DNA of 63,201 bases, the filler included, from Welwitschia mirabilis (lineage: Eukaryota), in assembly GCA_051453625.1 (NCBI GenBank). It is 5 parts of one record of this genome, joined end to end, with 100 filler letters (N's around TTAATTAATTAA, not from the genome) between each part and the next. Parts side by side here need not be neighbours in the genome. Positions count along the whole stretch, not along the records: positions 39,975 to 55,858 come from JBOZIK010000001.1; positions 55,959 to 58,672 come from JBOZIK010000001.1; positions 58,773 to 63,201 come from JBOZIK010000001.1; 2 more parts are not named here. One strand, given 5' to 3'. Below, piece by piece: positions 52,574 through 63,201 of the stretch (positions are counted from its first letter, which is position 1; every line of letters begins with the position of its first letter). The notes beneath the pieces were generated by a model. It was given only the letters and a program-made list of their open reading frames with translations. It was not told where the DNA came from and ran no database searches. Both the position numbers and the translations under genes were made by a program.

Positions 52574-53985
52574 TGTTGTGGTGTAAATTTATGCCATCCT
52601 TAATTTCTTTAGGTAAACCTATAAATCACAATACTTGCAAAACACACACATACTAGTATAGATAGGAGTTAACCCGAATGTCGTAATCCCAATGAAGGAA
52701 CTAGGTTTAGAGTTAGAGAATTGATTCTCAAAAGTATTTTTGATCTTTTATCTTTAAATAAATTAAAGTAAATAAAAATGACAAATGCAATGTAAGATGA
52801 AGAGTAAAATGCAATGGAACAAAGTACAATGGGATGAGTTCTATTTGGACTCTTAGTTCTCCTGTCATAAGAACTAGCTCTCTATAATTTAAGTCAATTA
52901 AAAATAGTTCCTTACTTATTCCTAACCAATGTGAACCATGAGATATGCCAAATAAAATATGGGAAATGCAATATGAAATTGAAATGAAATAGCAATGCAA
53001 ATCTGAATGAACTAAAGTCCACCATAACAAAGGTTTCCCTTATGATCTAAATAAATTATAGAACTATTACTAAACTATAACCAACTTAAACCATAAGGGA
53101 CATTAACACAATTATAATAAAAAGAGTATTTGAATTGATCATAAAAATTTTACATCCACTTACAACAAAATAGCAACTTCTTAATAAATGATACTTAGCT
53201 CAACACTAAGGGTAACTTCTCTCTATAGCTATTGGATGGAAGTCTTATCCTTCAGTCTTCTGTCACAAGAGCATTACGTATAAAATATGGAAATAGAAGT
53301 AAAGAAAAAGAAGGGTATTTTTAGTTTTACATTGAAGTTTTAGAAGCTAATCTTAGAAGTCAGAGAAGAAACCCTAGTAGCCCAAATGGGTCGCATGACC
53401 CCATTACAAAGATAATTATTTNNNNNNNNNNNNNNNNNNNNNNNNNNNNNNNNNNNNNNNNNNNNNNNNNNNNNNNNNNNNNNNNNNNNNNNNNNNNNNN
53501 NNNNNNNNNNNNNNNNNNNNNAAGAAACCCTAGTAGCCCAAATGGGTCGCATGACCCCATTACAAAGATAATTATTTTCCTTCATAAAAAATAGTTGTCA
53601 TTTTGACTATCACAAAGATGATAGAGGGGATGTCCCTCTATGTCAAAAAGGTGCTTCATCAGCTTAAGGCCCCATTGTCAATCCTTTAGCTTTTGTCTAA
53701 GTTAGCAATGCTATCATCCTACATGTCATGGGGACAACAGAGGGGAAGATAGACTTCCTCATTTTTAATCTAAAAGATAAATTAGTCTTCTGCATAGTAC
53801 ATTCTTCTTCTAAAGTATGAAATGTTAGAATGAGATTAAGAAGCCTCCAAATATTTTAAGAATTGCATATTTCAATGATCATCCTATTTATCTTCTATAA
53901 TCATCAGTATCGCATTTAAACCTGTATAAAAGTCTTGCAAAAGCACTCAAAATACATCATGAAATTTCTACAAATTAGCATCACA
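52574..53985 (-). mobile_element. Athila-like Ty3/gypsy LTR nested in the copia element
   Basis: Begins tgttgtggtgtaaatttatg and shares ctagtata...aatgtcgta and AATGCA blocks with the LTR at 60379. It ends ...gcatcaca at ~53985. Confidence 0.6.
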
Positions 53986-56900
53986 ACATAGCCCTCTACT
54001 TATTCTTGTCAATCCCTGACAAAGTGAGTAATCGACTATCTTGCGAGCCAATTTGACTAACATAAACTCTAATTAGAAAAGTGTAATTTAAGTTCAATTT
54101 AATCATGTAGGANNNNNNNNNNNNNNNNNNNNNNNNNNNNNNNNNNNNNNNNNNNNNNNNNNNNNNNNNNNNNNNNNNNNNNNNNNNNNNNNNNNNNNNN
54201 NNNNNNNNNNNNNNNNNNNNNNNNNNNNNNNNNNNNNNNNNNNNNNNNNNNNNNNNNNNNNNNNNNNNNNNNNNNNNNNNNNNNNNNNNNNNNNNNNNNN
54301 NNNNNNNNNNNNNNNNNNNNNNNNNNNNNNNNNNNNNNNNNNNNNNNNNNNNNNNNNNNNNNNNNNNNNNNNNNNNNNNNNNNNNNNNNNNNNNNNNNNN
54401 NNNNNNNNNNNNNNNNNNNNNNNNNNNNNNNNNNNNNNNNNNNNNNNNNNNNNNNNNNNNNNNNNNNNNNNNNNNNNNNNNNNNNNNNNNNNNNNNNNNN
54501 NNNNNNNNNNNNNNNNNNNNNNNNNNNNNNNNNNNNNNNNNNNNNNNNNNNNNNNNNNNNNNNNNNNNNNNNNNNNNNNNNNNNNNNNNNNNNNNNNNNN
54601 NNNNNNNNNNNNNNNNNNNNNNNNNNNNNNNNNNNNNNNNNNNNNNNNNNNNNNNNNNNNNNNNNNNNNNNNNNNNNNNNNNNNNNNNNNNNNNNNNNNN
54701 NNNNNNNNNNNNNNNNNNNNNNNNNNNNNNNNNNNNNNNNNNNNNNNNNNNNNNNNNNNNNNNNNNNNNNNNNNNNNNNNNNNNNNNNNNNNNNNNNNNN
54801 NNNNNNNNNNNNNNNNNNNNNNNNNNNNNNNNNNNNNNNNNNNNNNNNGAAAATGATAATGTGTATGCATAATGTGAGACAGAGGTATTGGACTGATGTG
54901 ATAAACTTAAGTAGTTCTAATCTTAAAAAGAATGGTGCATCTTAGTATAATCAATAAGGGCAAAATACAAGAGTAAATATAGCATGCTTTCTCGTTTAGA
55001 TGATCTGAAACATAGCTATAAGAAGGCTCTGTGAGTGTGCTACTTGTGCTCCTAAAAGATAAAGCTCATGAATTTTATTCAAGTAACCAAAAATATCATT
55101 CAAACAACTCATCATAGATATGTATTATAAAAGATCAGAACATGATCCTTTAAATTTTAAAATTTTTACTCACAATCATAGAAGAATGCTCAAAAAGGTA
55201 TCTTAACCCCCCCATAGGTAAAGCAAGACATCTTGGATTTCACCAAATGAAAAGAACGAGTGTTATTCCAGCTATCATAGGGATGACAAATATGAGATGA
55301 CAATGATCAAAAAAGTTATTTGAAAAGAGAGGAAAAACCAAAAAAGTATAAAAACAAACAAGCACACAAAAAGCAGCAGAAAAAGCAAAAAGAAGGTAGA
55401 AAGTAAAAAATTTATCTTAAAAAACATGATCATGATGAAAAGATATTTGTGAAAAATAATAAAATGTACTAAGTAAAAAGAAGTAATACTCAAAGACTCA
55501 TAAAATATGCCCAAAATCATAGAAAAAGAAGAACTAAAACTCATCAAACCATGGTAACTTGTCAAAAAGAGAACAATAGTCCTCCAGAGAAATTATTGGA
55601 AAACATCAATAAGAAACTACAAAATGATTAGATCCATAGTATTATGCTAAAAAATTATGGAAAATGACTTTGAAAAATCCAATAAAATAGTCAAAGAAAA
55701 ACAAAATGAAAATGGACAACTAGGAACATAAAGAAGATTGCTTACTTACCCTAAATTCTAACCTAACAAATTTCCTTAATAAGAATCATAAAATCACTTA
55801 ATGAAAGATGCATGAAAGTAGGTAAAAACTCATAAAGTACCACTCAAATAGGCAATGANNNNNNNNNNNNNNNNNNNNNNNNNNNNNNNNNNNNNNNNNN
55901 NNTTAATTAATTAANNNNNNNNNNNNNNNNNNNNNNNNNNNNNNNNNNNNNNNNNNNNGAAAATTTTAAAAATTTTATGTCATAAAAGCTCTAAATTAAG
56001 TTAAAATTTTTTGAAAATGAGCCATGAAAAGAAAAAGTAATATTTCCCATATTGGAAAAAAAGCAAAGAAAGTAAAAAAGAGTAAGAAGGCAAGTAAAAT
56101 AGGATGAGAATGAGGATAATTTTTTAAAATGAAGTGCAAATCTGTGTAATGTCAAATTTGAAAAATATAGATGTATGAAATATTCTGACAAGTAAAGAAA
56201 AAGAGTAGACAATAAAAATGTTTCGTCATAAAAATAACATGAGCAGTGCTTACAACACCAAAAATATTTGAAGAAAATAAAACACAAAAATACTTATCTA
56301 AGTAAGAAATTATCTTTTATTGAAACTTAAACAAGCAAAACATGCTNNNNNNNNNNNNNNNNNNNNNNNNNNNNNNNNNNNNNNNNNNNNNNNNNNNNNN
56401 NNNNNNNNNNNNNNNNNNNNNNNNNNNNNNNNNNNNNNNNNNNNNNNNNNNNNNNNNNNNNNNNNNNNNNNNNNNNNNNNNNNNNNNNNNNNNNNNNNNN
56501 NNNNNNNNNNNNNNNNNNNNNNNNNNNNNNNNNNNNNNNNNNNNNNNNNNNNNNNNNNNNNNTAGAAAAAATGCTTTAAACAATTAATGATTAGACTAAA
56601 TAATTACTCAAAAATGAACTCTCTTACCCTTATCTCAAAACAAACACCCAAATCTCAAAAAATAAAATGATCATGTGGAAAGAATAAGAGTCTAGGAAAT
56701 AAGCAATGCTTCTGAAGATACCAGGAATACCACTGATCCCATAGCCTCAAAGTTTAAATATAGGTTTATTATCCATGATGAGGAAAGTGCAACCATAGTC
56801 AGAGAAGTAAGGACCCATAAAGCATGGCTAACTAACCTCCTAGTGGAGTTCTCACAACTACTATATTATACTACCAAAGACTCCTCTTAGAAATATTTAC

Positions 56901-59900
56901 TCTAATGTACTTACGGTAGGACATCATGATGACCATGTTTTTGAGATATTAACATTTCACATAACCAAAAATTTTAAAAGACATAGGTAAAATTTGTAAG
57001 ATTAAGACATAAANNNNNNNNNNNNNNNNNNNNNNNNNNNNNNNNNNNNNNNNNNNNNNNNNNNNNNNNNNNNNNNNNNNNNNNNNNNNNNNNNNNNNNN
57101 NNNNNNNNNNNNNCAACTACTATATTATACTACCAAAGACTCCTCTCAGAAATATTTACTCCAATGTACTTACGATAGGACATCATGATGACCATGTTTT
57201 TGAGATATTAACATTTTACATAACCAAACATTTTAAAAGACATAGGTAAAATTTGTAAGATTAAGACATAAAAGAACACTCTGAAATAATCTAAAACTTT
57301 TCACCATTGAAAAAAATAAAAAATAAAGCATCTTCCTTCAAATTAAANNNNNNNNNNNNNNNNNNNNNNNNNNNNNNNNNNNNNNNNNNNNNNNNNNNNN
57401 NNNNNNNNNNNNNNNNNNNNNNNNNNNNNNNNNNNNNNNNNNNNNNNTACTTACGGTAGGACATCATGATGACCATGTTTTTGAGATATTAACATTTCAC
57501 ATAACCAAACATTTTAAAAGACATAGGTAAAATTTGTAAGATTAAGACATAAAAGAACACTCTAAAATAGTTTAAAACCTTTTCACCATTGAAAAAAATA
57601 AAAAATAAAGCATCTTCCTTCAAATTAAAGTTCATGGGCTTATGAATGTTGTAAGATTGGGTGAATTCAATCTTATCACTAAAATGCCCAAGTTAAAATA
57701 CTAATCATGAATATAAGTACATAAGTCAAGTTTGAAAAATGATCAAGTAATACCATAATAATCTTTTAAAGAAAAAAGCTAAGAGAAAATTTAGATGGTT
57801 TGCTTATGAAATTCGAAATTTTTGTCTATTAACTTCTCGCAATTCTTAAGCAGTCAAGTCAAAAATCTCAATAGAGACATAAAAATGTATTTTATAAAGA
57901 TAATAGAAAACAAAAATCAATATTTTATTGAATTTCATCCTGCTTATCATCCAGATGATAAAGAGGACGACAGAGACAGAGGAATAAAAAAATTTTATAA
58001 AAGACAAAATTTTTTTAGAAAATTGAAAAACTCATGAAAGATGACTATTTTCCACCTTGTCATGGGGATGACATGTGAGACGATAGATTATTATTACAGA
58101 ATAAAAACTAGAAAATACAGATTACAAATAGAAGTAAAAATTGAAAATAGAAAATATAGACTATCAAAACAGAAAACTGAAAATCAAAATAAAAAATATC
58201 AAGAAAGANNNNNNNNNNNNNNNNNNNNNNNNNNNNNNNNNNNNNNNNNNNNNNNNNNNNNNNNNNNNNNNNNNNNNNNNNNNNNNNNNNNNNNNNNNNN
58301 NNNNNNNNATAAAAACTAGAAAATACAAATTACAAATAGAAGTAAAAATTGAAAATAGAAAACATAGACTATCAAAATAGAAAACTGAAAATCAAAATAA
58401 AAAATATCAAGAAAGCCAAAATAAAAAATCAAAGTAAGAAAACTCTATTTAAATCCTAAAATCTAACTCATACTTTTATTGAAAAAGAAAGTAAGTAAGC
58501 AAAAGAAACATGGTTTCAATATTTTTAGAAAAAAAAGGTCCAAACCCAATATTCACCAATTGATAAAACATAAAAGGTATGCAATCATTTTTTAGTAAAA
58601 TCAATCAGAAGAAAAGAGAATAAAAAGATAATACCTTGATAGTACAATTTTTAGAATTCAGATAAGAGATAANNNNNNNNNNNNNNNNNNNNNNNNNNNN
58701 NNNNNNNNNNNNNNNNTTAATTAATTAANNNNNNNNNNNNNNNNNNNNNNNNNNNNNNNNNNNNNNNNNNNNATCCTCTTTTTTCATCTCCTAATAAGTA
58801 GAATGATGAAGTTTAATTTAAAATTTTATTCTCAACTTAAAAGCAAGAATCATAATCATTTATTCCTAAGTTGTTTTCATTTTCTTCAAGGTAAGATGTA
58901 GAAGAATAAGTTTAAGGATTTTTCATTTGAAAAGATAGGATATTTTGTGAAAGAATCGTAATCATATTTTCTAATCTTTTATTGGTATTTTCTATGTGTT
59001 TGTTGGTATCTTCTTAGTGATTTATTGTGTCCCTCAATTTTCTTATTGGATCATTTTCTACTTCATAATAGTTCATGGGAGATAAATGGTATGAGTAAAA
59101 GTGATTATATGAGGTTGAATCTCTAATATTTTCTTCATTAGTTCTATATGGATTTTTANNNNNNNNNNNNNNNNNNNNNNNNNNNNNNNNNNNNNNNNNN
59201 NNNNNNNNNNNNNNNNNNNNNNNNNNNNNNNNNNNNNNNNNNNNNNNNNNNNNNNNNNGTATTTTCTATGTGTTTGTTGGTATCTTCTTAGTGATTTATT
59301 GTGTCCTTCAATTTTCTTATTGGATCATTTTCTACTTCATAATAGTTCATGGGAGATAAATGGTATGGGTAAAAGTGATTATATGAGGTTGAATCTCTAA
59401 TATTTTCTTCATTAGTTCTATATGGATTTTTAAAAGGAAAGGGAGAAAAATAAGGTGGTTGAAAAGAGGAATGGATCCTATCCCTACTCTCAACATTTCT
59501 TTGTGTTGGTCTCCCTTTTTTTGTAAAAGGATCTCTAAGTGTTTTCTTACCATCCTCTTTGGATTCTTTTCTCCTTTTCTTAGCAAGAAGTTTTACAACT
59601 ATTTTATTACTATTATCCTTAGGTTTGTTTTTACACTTTCCAAGATTTTTGATACAGGTGATTCTATCACTATTCATTTTTGAGAAGTATGAGAGGAAGA
59701 GAATATTTAGTTCAAGACGAAGATCAGTGCTTATAGATGATGAGTTTTTAAAAATAAAATAGCTCAGACAAATAATTGTATGCACCTGGAGTTTGTGTTC
59801 CTATCCTTCTTAAGTACTTTCTTCTATTAGTAATCCTTTTTTCTCTAATAAGCCTTTTTCTNNNNNNNNNNNNNNNNNNNNNNNNNNNNNNNNNNNNNNN

Positions 59901-60378
59901 NNNNNNNNNNNNNNNNNNNNNNNNNNNNNNNNNNNNNNNNNNNNNNGAACGACAGAGGGGACGACACTCACAGAAAACCAAAAAACAAAAATATAAATAG
60001 AAATTAAAATAGAAGGCAGAAAACATAGGAAAATAAACTGTCATCCAACTAGTTGTTTGGACATCATAGGAGATGACAGAGAGTTATTTTAGTTTAGAAA
60101 AATTAAAAATCCAAAAATAAAAACCAAAAATAAAAAAGCACACTATTGTCCTAATTATCGTATGAATGACAGAGGGGATGACCACTCTTTTTCTATAGAA
60201 AACTAAAACTCAAAGACTGAAATTTTTAAAAAAAAAAAAAATTCACAGAGAAAACCTATAGTTCCTAATAAAATACAATGTCACATAGATAAACAACTAA
60301 ATAGAAGTTCAATATACTCACCTGAATGACAACAACCCTTATACTCCTTAATAGCCTTCCCCAGTAATGGCGCAAATT
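53986..60378 (-). mobile_element. Fragmented internal regions of Athila-like gypsy element(s), non-coding/degenerate
   Basis: Lies between Athila-like LTRs and ends at an Athila-type PBS. No recognisable pol motifs; broken by two linkers and many gaps. Confidence 0.4.
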
Positions 60379-61450
60379 TGTTATAGTGTGTATTTATGCA
60401 AGATTTTACATTCAACGAGATCTTATTATTTATAATTAAAATAGATAGCTTACACAATACATCATCCTAGTATAAGTGGAAGTAGACTCAAAATGTCGTA
60501 TCTCATTGAAGTCTATGAGATAAGACTTAGGCTGCTTTACAAAAGAATAATAGGAACTAAAAATAAATAATAATGCAAAAAAATAAAGATACAATGCAAG
60601 ATGCAATCTAAACTAACATGCAATGCAAAAATAACCCTAACTCTACTTGGTTTTAGCCTTAACAAAGGCTACCCTTAATAATCTATATCACCCAAAAAAT
60701 TATCACCAGATTAAGGGCAACATAGACTATAAAGGTAATTATAAAATATAAGATGCAAACATGAAAAGAAGACTAAGTTTTATATTAAAAGAATAATAAC
60801 ATTTGGATTACAAAATAGCCAAGTCTTAATGAAAGATACATAGCCCTCCACCAAGTGCATGTCTTTCTACAACACATGCAAATGGATCTCCCAACCTTTG
60901 ATCTCCTATCATGAGAATATTTGATGAAATAAAGATGAGAAGAAGAGTTGAAGGGGGACTTATCTATAAGAAAATATAGTAGAGAAGGTTAACAGTAGGT
61001 GTAAAAAGGCGCACTCATTTATAACTCAAAAATGAAAGAAATAGTTACAGGTCGCTGTCAGAGTCAGTTACATGTCAGTATCATCTGAGCTATCATCCGG
61101 ATGGCATAAGAGATAATAGCACATTATAAAATATTCTTGAAATGATAACTCGGCAGTCCACATCAACAGTCGTCATCCTGCCTGTCACGGGGATGACAGA
61201 GGGGATGACGGTCTTCTTTGGTTATTTTTTTGAAGAGAACTTAGCATTTTTGTCATGAATCCTTCCTCAAAGCTCTTTGCATTAGAAAGTTCCTTTAATA
61301 CATCAAATTTGGATAAGAATCGCACTTTTATGAGATTTTCTCTTGTATCTCCAAAATACTTAGAATTGTACCTAAACCTATATAAAAGTCCTATAACATA
61401 ACTCATAAAACCCTATCAAATAACTGTAAATTGTAGCACAATAAGTATCA
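60357..61450 (-). mobile_element. Athila-like 5' LTR (60379-61450) with degenerate tRNA-Asp-type PBS
   Basis: The minus strand at 60374-60357 reads TGCGCCATTACTGGGGAA, against the Athila PBS consensus TGGCGCCGTTGCCGGGGA. It adjoins a TG...CA segment at 60379-61450. Confidence 0.7.
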
Positions 61451-63201
61451 TTAAAAAGAGGATCAGTACCCACCACTAAAAAAAATAAAAACTAACTAAA
61501 AATTATAAGAAAAATAATTATGTACTCTTGAAAAATTACTATGCCAAAACATCCTTAGTAATGACACTAAGATTTTTTAATTAGACTACAATGTCCATAT
61601 TTAAACTAAGTGAAACACCTACTATCATTCTTCCATAGTGACGTAGGAGTAAATTAATCAAAAGATACAAAATTATTCTAACTTATATGAAAACCTCAAC
61701 AAAATAAAATTATAAGTAAAGTACAAAGAAGCAATCTTCAGTTAGCAACATAGGAAAATTAAAGTACTCTAAGAACCAAGTGATTCATCCAATTCTTCTC
61801 CTTTACTCCAATGATTCTTGTATCCTAAAATATGCACTAAACTGTCAAGTCATTAAGGCACAGTGTGGGGGCATAATCTCATCCACCACATGAGTCTTGG
61901 TTAGTTATCAAGTTCTCTCAATACTTTACAATCCTTTATAATCACAAAAAGTATGAACCTAAGTGCATAAGATTTATTAAACAATAAGAACTATAAATAA
62001 AAAAGTAACTTTAAATAACTCACATGGTTCAAAAGAACTTGACAATTAAATGAGCTTATCTAAAGATTGATAATATCATTTTTGATCATTAATAATAAAA
62101 TAATAAACCTATTTTAAGAACTAGTTTTACCTAAATATTATTAATACCAGTAAAATTATGTATGAATAATTAAAGTATTTAAAATAATTCTTTATTACTA
62201 TTGAAAAAAATACATTACATTAGTGAAGAAAAGGAAGAAGAAAAGCTCCTCACCTAGACTTAAGTACTCCGACCATAAGAAAGAATGTTAAAGCACCATG
62301 ACATCCGATCTTTCAAGTCTTGTCCATGTTTTTCAACCAAAAGATGGATACAATAAGGGGTTCAAGGCTATTTCATAGGAAGAGATGGGGGTGAGAAGTG
62401 GTTATAAGCTCTTGGCTTATAGTGTTAAGTAGAATCTTCGTCATTTAGAATTAGGTACATANNNNNNNNNNNNNNNNNNNNNNNNNNNNNNNNNNNNNNN
62501 NNNNNNNNNNNNNNNNNNNNNNNNNNNNNNNNNNNNNNNNNNNNNNNNNNNNNNNNNNNNNTATTTCATAGGAAGAGATGGGTGAGAAGTGGTTATAAGC
62601 TCTTGGCTTATAGTGTTAAGTAGAATCTTCATCATTTAGAATTAGGTACATAAGATTCTATCTTATAAAATTTGATGGAGGTTGTCTTATACTGTTAGGT
62701 AGATAAGATTACATCTTTTGGCATTAGGTAGAATCTTCATTATATAGCATTTGATAGAGGTTATCTTGTAGTATTTTGTGGAGATTATTATATAATATTA
62801 AGTGGAATATTCGTCATGATGAATTTAACACATGTCCTTTGGAGTTAGATTCTTCTATCAACTAGTGCTATTTCCACATGTCTTTAGTGTCACCTCCACA
62901 TACACCTATCACATGTCTTCCAATGCCACTGCTATGTGTCACCATCTCATGTCTTCATTACCACTATTATTTTATGCAGAATTGTGTCCATCTTCCACTA
63001 TGTATTCCAAAATGTGGCTGAATATCTATAATTATTATGAAGAAAAACATAATATTAAATTTTATTTTAAAAATAATAGAAGGTATATTTTATAATTAAA
63101 ATAATTAAATTAATGTCTTTGTTACAATAAATTAGCCTAAAACACTTGATATAAATGTTAATTTTTATAGGTTAACAAGCATCATAAGTATATTTTACTA
63201 A

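Noticed and set aside
16782..59277. Long ORFs made mostly of X residues
   Set aside because: They are translations of N gaps.
52574..61450. One intact Athila element bounded by LTRs at 52574 and 60379
   Set aside because: The LTRs share only short blocks, differ in length, have non-matching flanks (TACTG vs TTAAA), and two linkers lie between them.

Overview
AT-rich, repeat-dominated land-plant nuclear DNA from a gappy draft assembly; the species cannot be fixed from the sequence. Four artificial N44-TTAATTAATTAA-N44 linkers (26433-26532, 39875-39974, 55859-55958, 58673-58772) split it into five pieces whose adjacency is not sequence-supported. Two host genes are clear. One is an At5g07670/At5g51370-family F-box/LRR gene (+, 12236-13722, one intron) that appears to lack the C-terminal half of its F-box. 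The other is the 5' part of an SR45a splicing-factor gene (-, 41834 down to 39975, cut by a linker). Most of the rest is decayed retroelements: a complete Tork/Tnt1-type Ty1/copia with both LTRs, PBS, PPT and GTTTG target duplication (14643-21105), a pol-deleted Sirevirus-like element with an env-like ORF, further copia remnants, several L1-type LINEs, Athila-like gypsy LTRs, and a ~1.35 kb tandem macro-repeat. I found no convincing wholly new biological system. The best leads are the possibly F-box-less 'decoy' LRR gene, a candidate internal promoter for the Sirevirus env-like ORF, CpG-rich copia leaders (one with a splice-acceptor-like site right before gag), and the chimeric macro-repeat. 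Family assignments are from recalled motifs, not database searches.
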